A stretch of DNA of 64,000 bases from an uncultured Gammaproteobacteria bacterium (GTDB lineage: Bacteria > Pseudomonadota > Gammaproteobacteria > DRLM01), in NCBI GenBank assembly GCA_963729605.1, contig CAVSNY010000007.1:608001-672000 (forward strand). The letters are read 5' to 3'. The notes under the pieces are model-generated. The model was not told the DNA's origin. It did no database searches and saw nothing but the letters and a program-made list of their open reading frames with translations. Shown here piece by piece: positions 40,886 to 50,348 of this stretch. Both the position numbers and the translations under genes were made by a program. Position 1 is the first letter of the stretch. Each line of letters starts with the position of its first letter.

Positions 40886-41701
40886 ATGCCTGAGTTGCCC
40901 GAAGTGGAGACCACGCGGCGCGGGATCGCCCCCCATGTCGAAGGGCGGCGTATCGAGCGGGTGGTGGTGCGGGACGGGCGTTTGCGCCAGCCGGTGCCGC
41001 GCCGCATCAATCAATTGGCCGCCGGTCAGCTCATCCGGAGCGTAGCGCGGCGCGGCAAATATCTCTTGCTGGAAGGCGCGACGGGCAGCGTGATGATTCA
41101 CCTCGGCATGTCCGGCAGTCTGCGTTTGCTGCCGGCCGGCACCGCCGCCGGGAAACACGACCATGTGGACGTGGAGTTGGCGGATGGCGGGTGTCTGCGC
41201 TTGCGCGATCCGCGCCGTTTCGGCCTGTTGTTGTGGGTGGCGGGCGATCCGGCGCTGCACCCCTTGCTGAGCAAGCTCGGTCCCGAACCTTTGGAACGCG
41301 CCTTCAACGCGGATTATCTTTATCAACGCGCCCGCGGCCGGGTGTTGGCGGTCAAGCCGTTTCTCATGGACGCCCAGGTGGTGGTGGGCGTGGGGAATAT
41401 CTACGCCAATGAGGCCTTGTTTTCCGCCGCCGTGCACCCGCGGCGGCCGGCCGGTGATTTGTCGCGGGATGAATGCGCGCGCCTGGTGACGTCGATTAAA
41501 GCGGTGTTGCGGCGGGCCATCGCCCAAGGCGGCACGACCCTCCGCGATTTCGTGGCCGGTGACGGCCGCCCCGGTTATTTCAAACAGCGCTTGAAAGTGT
41601 ACGATCGCGAGGGCGCGCCCTGTCTGGTTTGCGCCGCGGAGATCGTCTGTGAACGGCTGGGTCAGCGCGCCACGTATTTTTGCGGACGCTGTCAGCGTTA
41701 G
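40886..41701 (+). CDS. mutM: Formamidopyrimidine-DNA glycosylase
   Basis: [31 protein letters not shown]-terminal zinc finger. Confidence 0.97.
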   Translation: MPELPEVETTRRGIAPHVEGRRIERVVVRDGRLRQPVPRRINQLAAGQLIRSVARRGKYLLLEGATGSVMIHLGMSGSLRLLPAGTAAGKHDHVDVELADGGCLRLRDPRRFGLLLWVAGDPALHPLLSKLGPEPLERAFNADYLYQRARGRVLAVKPFLMDAQVVVGVGNIYANEALFSAAVHPRRPAGDLSRDECARLVTSIKAVLRRAIAQGGTTLRDFVAGDGRPGYFKQRLKVYDREGAPCLVCAAEIVCERLGQRATYFCGRCQR

Positions 41702-41952
41702 TGAGTGGTGCGTCATTTTTGAGCCGGGGTCCTCACGCCTTGGGAAGTCATGGCGAAAGGCCGTGTCCGTTTTCCTCCCGCTTCGTGCGGAAGAAGAGGG
41801 ATCGAGGGATCGTGAGGGGCCGGGTGTGAGCGGAATCAAATTAAAAACCGCGTTCGGCCGGCGCAATGAGGACGGAGATTGTTATATTCTGTCCGCGGTG
41901 GTTTGATGGCGCGGCTGTTTTAATGGGTGTTAACGGGGGAGGTGGGCGGCCG

Positions 41953-42405
41953 ATGAAGATCGATTTTCTCAAGATGTTCGACCGGGTGGTGGCGGTGGTG
42001 TTCGGCGCGATGATGCTGATCATCACCCTGGGAATGATCATCGGCGTGTTCAGCCTGTTCGTGGATATCCGCGATATGCTGGTCGATCAAAAATTGACCG
42101 AGGGTTATCTCAAGATCATCTCCGGTGTCTTGACGCTGTTTATCATGATCGAACTGCTGCGTTCGATCGTCGAGTATTTCAGCGCCAAGCGCTTGCGGAT
42201 GACGTTTATCGTCGACGCGGCCCTGGTGTTCGTGCTGCGGGAGATCATGATCAAGTTGTTCGAACACAAAATCCAACCCGATGAGTTGTACGCGATGAGC
42301 GCCTTGATTCTGGTGCTCACCGTGCTGCGGATGGGCAGTATGTTGATGTATCAGCGCGATACCGCCTTGGGCTTGCAGGTCAACGCGGCGGCGGCTAAAG
42401 ACTAA
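41953..42405 (+). CDS. PsiE-family (phosphate-starvation-inducible) membrane protein
   Basis: Four TMs; LTLFIMIELLRS, FIVDAALVFVLREI. Confidence 0.75.
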   Translation: MKIDFLKMFDRVVAVVFGAMMLIITLGMIIGVFSLFVDIRDMLVDQKLTEGYLKIISGVLTLFIMIELLRSIVEYFSAKRLRMTFIVDAALVFVLREIMIKLFEHKIQPDELYAMSALILVLTVLRMGSMLMYQRDTALGLQVNAAAAKD

Positions 42406-42529
42406 ACGCCGGGGGATTCGGCGGCCGCATGGTTGCCGTGCGGCCGGTGTGCGGGTCGATGCCATGTGCGGCTTGGTCGATACGGCCCGCGACGTGGTGG
42501 CGGGCGTCCGCGCGGCGTGAGCCCCCGCT

Positions 42530-44017
42530 TTAGCGGGGTTGGGTCGCTTGATCCTGCGGGGCGGGCGGCGGCGTCGGCGGTTGGTCGAGCGTTTCCTCGC
42601 CGTCGCTAGGGCTGACGTTTGGCCGGATATGCACGATTACGCCGCCGGCCTCCAGGGCCTGAGTTTCGACGACGCCGCTCAGTTCGGCCATGTTTTTGCC
42701 CAATTCAAGATTGGCCGGCGCCTTGTGGTCGAAGATCAAGTGAGTAATACCTTTGATGTCGTTGAGCAGGGTCTGCCCGTCGACGGCCCCGGCCGGCAAG
42801 GGAAATACGTCGCGGCGTACCGCGATCATGGTGCGCCCCGGCCATTGGCTGGCGGCGCGAAATTCCTGATCGGGATCGGCCGCTTCGTCTGCCAGCTGGC
42901 GGATCAGCTGATCCTGCGGGCTCATGGTTTCTTCCCCCAGGGCGAGTGCGCGGGTTTTGTCGGTCACCATGAACGCGACGCTGGTGATGAACATGACGGC
43001 GATAGCGACGCCGCGTTGCCGCAGCAGTCCCTTGCCTTCGCTGTGCTGATTGAGGGCGATCAAGTGGGGGATGCCGCGGTATAACAGTAAGGCGACCGCC
43101 AGCAAGGCCCAGTTGTAGTCGGCGGCCAGCAGGCCGATGGCCAGCCCCGACAAAAACATCAGTCCGACCGGGTCTGAGCTGAGGAACCGCCGGTCCACCC
43201 AGATAACGATCACCAGCAACGCCGCGAGCAGGCCGCCGACAAACCAATTTGGTTCGGCGAGGCTGGGCGCTATTTGGTGGGCCTGCGCCAGGCTCAGCAA
43301 CGGATTGCTCAGCCAAGGGATGGTCTGCCAACCTTGCCGCAGCGTCAGCATCAGCAGGGTGACGATGGCGAGTCCGATGAGCACATGGCGTCTTTGCCGC
43401 GCGTCGATGGGGTTTCTGTACCACGTCCACGCCAGGACCAACGGATAGGCGAGGCCGATGGGATGCAGGGTCAAGGTGATGCTGGCCCAGAGTAACTGCA
43501 CGAAAAACCAGCCGCCCAGCGGGCGATTGACGCGCCGGTAGGCCGTATCGAGCCAGGCCCCCAGTCCAAAGGCCAGGAGTAGAAAAGGGCCGGTGGCGAT
43601 GGCGTCTATTCCATTAATCAAATGCGGTGCTATCAGCAAGAGGGCGCTGGCGGCGAGGGCGGCTTCGCCGTCGGCGGTGCGCTTGCTCCATCTATAAAGA
43701 AAAGCGATCGCAAGGAAACTCAATATTAAGGTGAAGACCTTGGCCGCCACGAGGCTGCCGGGCCAATACAGCCCGAGCGGGATAAATAATAGGGCGCGGA
43801 AGTCGGGTATGCCCAAGGTGAAGATGGGGTTGACGATTTTGTCGAAGATCGACCAGATCAACAGTAGGCCGCGGGCGGCGCTTTCATCGAGACCATAGGG
43901 ATCAAAACGCAACAAGCCCAACCCGAGTAACGCCCCGCCCCAAACCAGCAGTACGAGTATCCCCCAATAATGACTCAGGGCATGTATTGCTTTGTGTGAT
44001 AAGTCTTTCAATGTCAT
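42530..44017 (-). CDS. Polytopic membrane protein, possible GT-C-fold glycosyltransferase
   Basis: About 11-12 TMs, acidic DE pair after TM1 (DPYGLDE), HP motif, soluble C-terminal domain. Confidence 0.5.
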   Translation of the reverse strand: MTLKDLSHKAIHALSHYWGILVLLVWGGALLGLGLLRFDPYGLDESAARGLLLIWSIFDKIVNPIFTLGIPDFRALLFIPLGLYWPGSLVAAKVFTLILSFLAIAFLYRWSKRTADGEAALAASALLLIAPHLINGIDAIATGPFLLLAFGLGAWLDTAYRRVNRPLGGWFFVQLLWASITLTLHPIGLAYPLVLAWTWYRNPIDARQRRHVLIGLAIVTLLMLTLRQGWQTIPWLSNPLLSLAQAHQIAPSLAEPNWFVGGLLAALLVIVIWVDRRFLSSDPVGLMFLSGLAIGLLAADYNWALLAVALLLYRGIPHLIALNQHSEGKGLLRQRGVAIAVMFITSVAFMVTDKTRALALGEETMSPQDQLIRQLADEAADPDQEFRAASQWPGRTMIAVRRDVFPLPAGAVDGQTLLNDIKGITHLIFDHKAPANLELGKNMAELSGVVETQALEAGGVIVHIRPNVSPSDGEETLDQPPTPPPAPQDQATQPR

Positions 44018-44356
44018 GGTGGGGTGCGTCGATTTCCTTGGTACGGCAGCAGCAATTCGCCGCGCAGCTTAGCAGAGACGGTAGGCTATTGGTACAGTCT
44101 AGTTATCCGCCATCATCGCGCTCTTGGTCGGTGGGAGTGTCGGTGAATAATGAGAGCACAACATGCGCGTATGCGTTCGTTGCCGCTTTAGTAGTGGCTC
44201 GGCGAGTCCACGTCGCGAACAGAATAAGATGCTTGCGTTGTGCGAGAGGGTCGTGTTAAATAATCCCGCTATACTTAAAACACGGTGAAGCGCCGTGCTT
44301 CGCAAGTGAGGGTGAACAGGCGAGGTTTAGGCGGCGCACCGTTCTCAGGGGAATTA

Positions 44357-44380
44357 TTGACGCCATGCCAATGGCGTCAA
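44357..44380. promoter_or_regulatory. Perfect 10-bp inverted repeat in a divergent promoter region
   Basis: TTGACGCCAT-GCCA-ATGGCGTCAA. Confidence 0.45.
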
Positions 44381-44674
44381 CATGGCCTTTTTTGTAAGGT
44401 CCGGGGTTAAGTCAAAGAAATCCAGATGGAGGTGTGTCGTGCTAGATACTGCAGGGGTAATTACCATTTATACCGTTTGGTTTACAGTAATTTTTCTGTT
44501 TGCCACGATTCTTCTCAAGGTCAATTCTAAAAAGTAACAGCCTCAGCCTGAGAATTTTTTGATCGCGAAGAGGGCGGATCATCAGGCAAAGTGGGATCCG
44601 ATTTAGGGTAGGTGGGTGGCCTGCGATGGTCATTGCACGCTAGGATATAAGCTAGAGTGGGAGGGGGTCTGTCG

Positions 44675-45466
44675 ATGCGACACGTCATAGCGATTGTTTC
44701 AGCGGTAATGTTAGGGGTGCTGGCCCCGACGGGGGCGTTTGCCTCGGATGCCTTTTGGCCAAAGGGCGATGGCAATAAAGCCAATGGCGAAAAGATTTTT
44801 AAAGAAGGCAAGGGGGATGTCCCGGCTTGTGTAACTTGTCACGGTGAAGACGGTTCCGGTAATGACGATATGGGTACGCCGCGTATCTCGGGGCAATTTT
44901 TTACCTTTTTGCTGAAGCAGCTTGAAGATTATGCGGCCGATAAGCGGATGGATGCCACGATGTTCGTGATGAACGCCAACGCGAAGGGTTTGTCGACGCA
45001 GGATCGTCGGGATGTGGCCACTTATTTGGCGGCCAAGAAGATCGACTTTAACGGTTCCGACCTCAAGGCCTTGGAAGCGAATGGTCATGTGGTGGGTTTG
45101 GAGTATAAAGGGCGTGCCTTGGTGGAGTACGGTAGTCCGGAACGAAACGATGGCTTTCCTAATAGTTTGGGCAGTAAAGGTCCGGGTGCCCCAGCCTGCA
45201 AATCTTGTCATGGGTATGCCGGAAACGGTGCGCCGCCGCTCTATCCCATGATAGGCAAGCAGCGTTATGTTTATCTCGTGAATCAGTTGAAGAACTGGCG
45301 TGACGGTAGTCGTGCCAATGATCCCATGGGTCAAATGCAGGTGGTTGCGAGAAAGTTATCCGATGAGGATATTTATAACGCGGCGGCTTATTTGACCGGT
45401 GCAAATGAATTGACTATGGGTAATCCCCGTACGCCTTATGATAATCGCTTCGATGACCGTAAGTAA
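44675..45466 (+). CDS. Diheme cytochrome c4-type
   Basis: Signal peptide; CVTCH and CKSCH; PRISGQ...LLKQL and YLVNQL...RANDPMGQM. Confidence 0.9.
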   Translation: MRHVIAIVSAVMLGVLAPTGAFASDAFWPKGDGNKANGEKIFKEGKGDVPACVTCHGEDGSGNDDMGTPRISGQFFTFLLKQLEDYAADKRMDATMFVMNANAKGLSTQDRRDVATYLAAKKIDFNGSDLKALEANGHVVGLEYKGRALVEYGSPERNDGFPNSLGSKGPGAPACKSCHGYAGNGAPPLYPMIGKQRYVYLVNQLKNWRDGSRANDPMGQMQVVARKLSDEDIYNAAAYLTGANELTMGNPRTPYDNRFDDRK

Positions 45467-45551
45467 TGGCGGTCGTACCCGCCGATAGCGGTCGTGATTG
45501 CGCGGCGCCTGCGCTGCGTGAGCGGATCGTGATTTAAATAGAGGCATTTTT

Positions 45552-45582
45552 AGAGGGCGGGGTGAACCTGCCCTCTTTCTTT
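45552..45582 (+). terminator. Rho-independent terminator
   Basis: AGAGGGCGGG-GTGAA-CCTGCCCTCT followed by TTCTTT. Confidence 0.6.
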
Positions 45583-45663
45583 ATGTCCAATGAAATGCTG
45601 ATATAGTTCGTTTCACTTTCTCAAAATATGTCTTCTTAATCCGAACGGTTGGTACGCTGTCAT

Positions 45664-46218
45664 ATGAGTAAACAACCCCTGAAGCGCGGTGAAAAAGTCC
45701 TGTTTAGTATTTTTGGGGTCTTCTTTTTATTGGCGATGATCGCGTATGTCGCGATAGAAACCGTGCGGATACGTTCTGATAAACCCCTGTTTCCGCAAAC
45801 TACCCATTTTGATTTTTCGGAGCAGGGAAAGCAGGGCTCATCGATCTACCTCAAGGCCAATTGTAATGCTTGTCATCGCGCCCTGCGCTCGGGTACCAGC
45901 ATGGGCTTGTCTCTCGATGGAATTGGATCTAAGCGTTCTATCGAATGGTTAGAAAAATTCCTGCGCGACCCTGGGGCTGTGTATGAAGGCGCGACCGTGG
46001 ATCACGGTTTATCCCAGGAGGCGGCTTATGTTTCCAGGATGCCGCCTGAAGATTTGCGGTTGATCGCGGTGTTTCTCTCTGAGTTGAGGGCTGATCCGGG
46101 TTCTTCGGTGGCAAAAAGGCCGCCTGAGGGGCGTTCTCCGTTTATCGACTCGATGATAGGGACATGGGCGCCGGAAAGCTGGAAGGAAAAATACCAGGAT
46201 ATCCGTGATAAGCAGTAA
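45664..46218 (+). CDS. Membrane-anchored monoheme cytochrome c
   Basis: N-terminal TM; CNACH; LDGIGSKRSIEWL. Confidence 0.85.
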   Translation: MSKQPLKRGEKVLFSIFGVFFLLAMIAYVAIETVRIRSDKPLFPQTTHFDFSEQGKQGSSIYLKANCNACHRALRSGTSMGLSLDGIGSKRSIEWLEKFLRDPGAVYEGATVDHGLSQEAAYVSRMPPEDLRLIAVFLSELRADPGSSVAKRPPEGRSPFIDSMIGTWAPESWKEKYQDIRDKQ

Positions 46219-46252
46219 TAAATACTTAAGATGTAAGGCGAGATAACAGCGA

Positions 46253-46777
46253 ATGAAAGACGTTTCCATTTCCGTACAAGAAATAGAATATCGGCGCTAT
46301 ACCCTCTGGTTTATTTATGCTTGTATTGTTTACAGTATTATTGGATTTTCGTGGGGCGCCCTAATGGGTGGCATCCCGGAATTTCGTCATTTCGTGGACC
46401 ATCGGGCTCACGGGGATCTCATCGTGCGGGGGCATACCCATGTCAATCTGCTGGGTTGGGTGGAGATGGCGATTTTCGCGGCGGTTTATTATATCGTTCC
46501 TCGGATGGTAAAGCGGTCTATTTATAGCTTGCGTCTGGTCAAGGTCCATTTTTGGATCCATAACCTGGGGTTGATCGGCATGGTGGTTTTCTTCACGGTG
46601 GCCGGCATAGCGGGTGGTGTTGCGAGTCAGACGGTCGAGCCGGCCGAGGTTGAAGCGATCATTCGGCCGTTTTTGGCGCTGGTCGGTATTTTCGGCAGCC
46701 TGGTGTTGTTGGCCAACTGTATTTGGGCGTACAACTTGTTCAGGACCTGTGCGGGTTGGGAGAAAAACTATGCATAG
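46253..46777 (+). CDS. Stand-alone 4-TM heme-copper-oxidase-repeat protein (copy 1)
   Basis: GHTHVNLLGW...AAVYYIVP...IYSLRLVKVHFW aligns by eye to CcoN helices IX-XII. Confidence 0.78.
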   Translation: MKDVSISVQEIEYRRYTLWFIYACIVYSIIGFSWGALMGGIPEFRHFVDHRAHGDLIVRGHTHVNLLGWVEMAIFAAVYYIVPRMVKRSIYSLRLVKVHFWIHNLGLIGMVVFFTVAGIAGGVASQTVEPAEVEAIIRPFLALVGIFGSLVLLANCIWAYNLFRTCAGWEKNYA

Positions 46778-47276
46778 ACGTGCCAAACTCTCCATCATGT
46801 TGGCGATTGTCATGGGCGTGCTGTCGGGTTGTGGCTTTGCCCCCGAATCTTCCTTGAAGGTGGGTTTAAAGGCGCCGGTTATTCAGACTAAGACCCTGGC
46901 CGATGTCGGTGGTGATTTTAGCCGCATCACTTCCTATCGTTATCCCGACGAGCGTATGTATCAGCACTCCTTGGATAAGGCCTTACAGCAGGGCAAGCCC
47001 ATACTTGTGGAATTTGCCACGCCGGGTCATTGCACCGTATGCGACGTGCAGTTGCAGATGCTAAAGTCCCTGGTGAACAAATACGATCCGGAGGTTATAT
47101 TTTTACATATGGATCAATATGAAAATCCAGGTGCGTTTAAAGCCTTTAATGTCAAGGGTGATCCTTGGACCTTTTTGATAGACGCCAAAGGGGTTGTGCG
47201 ATTCAAGCAGCCGGGCCGGATGTTGTACGGCGAGCTGGAAAGGCAGATTGAGCGTGTCAAGAATGGTCAGGGGTAG
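46770..47276 (+). CDS. Thioredoxin-fold lipoprotein
   Basis: Lipobox LSGC; EFATPGHCTVC; cis-Pro-like GDPWTFLID. Confidence 0.78.
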   Translation: MHRRAKLSIMLAIVMGVLSGCGFAPESSLKVGLKAPVIQTKTLADVGGDFSRITSYRYPDERMYQHSLDKALQQGKPILVEFATPGHCTVCDVQLQMLKSLVNKYDPEVIFLHMDQYENPGAFKAFNVKGDPWTFLIDAKGVVRFKQPGRMLYGELERQIERVKNGQG

Positions 47277-47279
47277 CCC

Positions 47280-47738
47280 ATGGCGGGCAAAGAGAAACGT
47301 TATGAGTTGCAGCAAGACCGCAAGGGGATGGTGTGGGACCTGCTGCTGTATGTCCCAACTGTCACGGCGCTGATACTGATCGGAGTCAAGTTGTGGTTTG
47401 GGCCCAACCAAGGTTGGGCATATCTGCTGATTTTCCTTGGAACATTCTTTTTTCTGATTGGCTTCAATCGGATTATGAAAACGCGGCTTATGGTGTTTCC
47501 TGGTTCTCCGGTCACCTTGGAGGTGACTAAGGACCGCGTTAGCATCGGATTGAGAAATGGGGCGGTGGTGAGTATGGTGAAAGACATCCGCTACTTTTCG
47601 GAGGTGGGTGGAAAGACCATCGCGCTGACCGGGATCGATGCGTCGGGACAGAAACAACAGCACATATTCCATCAAGGCCAGTTTAAGGACGAGGCGGTTT
47701 TCAAGGATGCGAAGAGCTGGCTGGAGGTGTACCGCTAG
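47280..47738 (+). CDS. Hypothetical 2-TM membrane protein
   Basis: 152-aa ORF in operon with two hydrophobic segments. Confidence 0.7.
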   Translation: MAGKEKRYELQQDRKGMVWDLLLYVPTVTALILIGVKLWFGPNQGWAYLLIFLGTFFFLIGFNRIMKTRLMVFPGSPVTLEVTKDRVSIGLRNGAVVSMVKDIRYFSEVGGKTIALTGIDASGQKQQHIFHQGQFKDEAVFKDAKSWLEVYR

Positions 47739-47780
47739 AATCCTCTGGGGTGCGGGGCAGCGAGGAGAGGATTGCTTAGC

Positions 47781-48005
47781 TTAGGAGGGGTCGTCCGAGC
47801 GAAATTGAGAGGGGGGAAGTTTGCGCCTTCTCACGACGTCCCTTGCCAGGAGCGCCATGCCCACCGCCGCTGTTATAACGACACCGAGCATGACGAGGGA
47901 TTCTGTTTCTTCGCTCACCAACCCTCCTATAAACATATGGACGGTGTAGGCCAGCATCGTTAGAGAGCTCAAGGCAACGAGGCCGTATATAACTATTTCT
48001 TTCAT
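47781..48005 (-). CDS. Small 2-TM membrane protein
   Basis: MKEIVIYGLVALSSLTMLAYTVHMFIGGLVSEETE...; 74 aa. Confidence 0.65.
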   Translation of the reverse strand: MKEIVIYGLVALSSLTMLAYTVHMFIGGLVSEETESLVMLGVVITAAVGMALLARDVVRRRKLPPSQFRSDDPS

Positions 48006-48325
48006 TGAAGAGCGGCTCAGGGACTCGTAATTTTTGGCAATGATACGCATACCTTTGGGGCTGGACAAGGTCCGTGAAGGTCGGAAGCGAAGTATCGAAA
48101 AGCGGCGGTGAAAGAAGGCTATACTCCTAGTTGACGAAGGCAGGGTAGGGGTGTATGTTTTCAAAATAAGTTTGAAATGATCGCTTGTGGTGTATCGGCG
48201 ATCGCCAACTAGAAAAATGATGGCCTGTTTTTGGGCGAGAGTGTTTGAATTTGCTAGTTTTTGCTTTTAGCTCGTGTTCGTTAGTTGGGTCAACCGTCTT
48301 CTTAAGCTATAAATCGGGGGGGAAA

Positions 48326-48616
48326 ATGGAGAACAAACTTACTTTCGGCCGCCTCTTCTTCTTCTTGTTGGTGCCTGCATTTACCACGGGAATGGGAAAC
48401 GGTAGTGTGTTCGGGGCGGCGGTTATGTGTGCGCTCGGTCGCGGGGGATATGAAAGTTGGGGAGGCTGGGGAATGGATGCCTACGATCCGGCAACCTTTT
48501 CCGGCTTCGTCAATTGGATGATGATCGTTTTCGGGATTGCTTTCTGTGTCATTACAATGTTGGCAATGAAAAAGCATGGAGAAATCGAAGCTCAGCGCGA
48601 TAATACCGCTTGGTAA
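48326..48616 (+). CDS. Small membrane protein upstream of ccoN
   Basis: G-rich RBS; 96 aa, Gly-rich with hydrophobic segments. Confidence 0.7.
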   Translation: MENKLTFGRLFFFLLVPAFTTGMGNGSVFGAAVMCALGRGGYESWGGWGMDAYDPATFSGFVNWMMIVFGIAFCVITMLAMKKHGEIEAQRDNTAW

Positions 48617-48688
48617 GCGCTCTTCGCTGACGAATGGATTGATGCGTACCGATCCGTAAGACATATTGTTCGCATAAAGGGGGAAATT

Positions 48689-48778
48689 ATGGCTGCAACC
48701 GCGAGTGCCTTCTGTATTGTCTTGGCGTTTTCAAGTATGTGGTTTACTTGGTACTTGATGAACAAGATGACCGAGTGA
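48689..48778 (+). CDS. 29-aa single-TM micro-protein (not in the ORF track)
   Basis: AAGGGGG RBS; MAATASAFCIVLAFSSMWFTWYLMNKMTE. Confidence 0.55.
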   Translation: MAATASAFCIVLAFSSMWFTWYLMNKMTE

Positions 48779-48839
48779 GGGTTGAAGTATTGCGAGTGTT
48801 TGAAAAAACACTAGGGATTATTAGGGAGAGGCTACTGCT

Positions 48840-50249
48840 ATGCTGTTAAAATATCTCTTTGCAAAAAATGAGGATATACCGGCGGGGTCGTCGACAATAT
48901 TCTTTGGATATTCGGCGATCTTTTGGTTTGTTGTGGGGACGGGGATCGGTTCTTTCAATGCCGCCAAGCTCGCATTTCCCGATTTTGCAACCGGCGTCGA
49001 GCTGTTTGCGTTTGGACATATGCGGCAGGTGCACGTGCTGGCGGTCATCTTGGGCTGGATTTCGATGGCCTTCGCGATGACCATGATGTACATGACCCCG
49101 GCGTTGGGTAATACCAAGTTATGGTCGGAAAAACTGGGTTTGTGGACCGCGTTCAATTGGAATGTGGGTCTCAGCCTGGGTTTGATTCTGTTGTGGGCTG
49201 GTTTTACCTCGGGCCGGGAATACTCCGATTTGATCTGGCCTATCGACTTGGTGGTGATCTTCGGCGTGCTGGTCCCGCTGGGCATTAACGTGTGGATGAC
49301 CATCGCTCAACGTAGAACGCAGGGTATCTACATTACCAACTGGTTCTTCGGTGCATGTATTTTCTTCCTTATTGTTGTGTTTTTGGTGGGTCAATCCGCC
49401 GAGCTGTTTAATTTGACCGGTTTGACGGAAGGTTATCTCACCTTCTGGTTTGCCCATAACGTGCTGGGCTTGTGGATCACTCCGGTGGCTGCGGGTATTG
49501 CTTATTACACCATCCCCAAGCTGACGGGTAATCCCCTGTACTCGCATCGCATCGGTCATCTGCATTTCTGGTCTATCATTGCCTTCTACTCAACGCCGGC
49601 TTCCCATCATCTGTTGTCGGCGCCGTTGCCGGAGTGGTTGAAATCTTTCGCTTCGGTTGAAGGTGTGTTGATTCTGATCCCCGCCGTAGCGTTTGTCGCG
49701 AACATCCTTCTCACCATGAAAGGTCGTTGGAGCATGTTTGTGGAAAACGTGGAGATTAAGTTCTCCGTGACCGGCGTATTGCTGGCCATTCCTCTAAATA
49801 TGCAAGGCGGTTTCCAGCAGACTCGTGCCATTAACTGGTACGTTCACGGCACCGGTTGGATTGTTGCCCATGCGCATTTGGCGTTATTGGGTATGTCCAG
49901 CTTCCTGGAAATTGCGGCCGTGTATTTCGGTTTGCAGCAAGTGTTGCGTAGAAAACTTTACTCCTTGGTCTTGGCCAACTTCCATTTCTGGTTCGTCATC
50001 ATTGGGTTCTGTATTTATTGGATATCGATGACCATCGCAGGGTTGATCCAGGGTGCCGGTAAGATTTATGAGGTCCCCTATATTGACGTGGTTATCGCCG
50101 AGCATCCCTATATGATCGCGCGTTGGATAGGTGGAACCATGGTGTTTACGGGCAATATGGTGTGGCTGTACAACATGTACATGACCGCCCGCGAAGGTAC
50201 CATTGTGCCCAAGGGACGCTATGCGCATGAGATGGCATACGAGCGTTAA
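48840..50249 (+). CDS. ccoN: Heme-copper oxidase subunit I, divergent cbb3/C-family
   Basis: About 12 TMs; His ligands RQVH, WFAHNVLG, SHH and AHAH; helix VII Tyr (AFYSTPASHH); REYSD loop. Confidence 0.88.
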   Translation: MLLKYLFAKNEDIPAGSSTIFFGYSAIFWFVVGTGIGSFNAAKLAFPDFATGVELFAFGHMRQVHVLAVILGWISMAFAMTMMYMTPALGNTKLWSEKLGLWTAFNWNVGLSLGLILLWAGFTSGREYSDLIWPIDLVVIFGVLVPLGINVWMTIAQRRTQGIYITNWFFGACIFFLIVVFLVGQSAELFNLTGLTEGYLTFWFAHNVLGLWITPVAAGIAYYTIPKLTGNPLYSHRIGHLHFWSIIAFYSTPASHHLLSAPLPEWLKSFASVEGVLILIPAVAFVANILLTMKGRWSMFVENVEIKFSVTGVLLAIPLNMQGGFQQTRAINWYVHGTGWIVAHAHLALLGMSSFLEIAAVYFGLQQVLRRKLYSLVLANFHFWFVIIGFCIYWISMTIAGLIQGAGKIYEVPYIDVVIAEHPYMIARWIGGTMVFTGNMVWLYNMYMTAREGTIVPKGRYAHEMAYER

Positions 50250-50287
50250 TTCGACGTTCATATAGTCATACCCTCAGGTAAGTTGTG

Positions 50288-50321
50288 GTCCCAAGCGCGG
50301 TTTAAATGCCGTGCTTGGGAC
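50288..50321 (+). other. Intercistronic hairpin between ccoN and ccoO
   Basis: GTCCCAAGCGCGG...CCGTGCTTGGGAC 13-bp stem with no U-tract. Confidence 0.5.
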
Positions 50322-50348
50322 TAGGGGAAAACAGGGGAGGAAGCTTAC

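Noticed and set aside
48840-50249. Nitric oxide reductase NorB assignment
   Set aside because: It lacks the HLWVEG Glu motif, has the helix VII Tyr, and has a CcoO-like partner, which fits a C-family oxidase.
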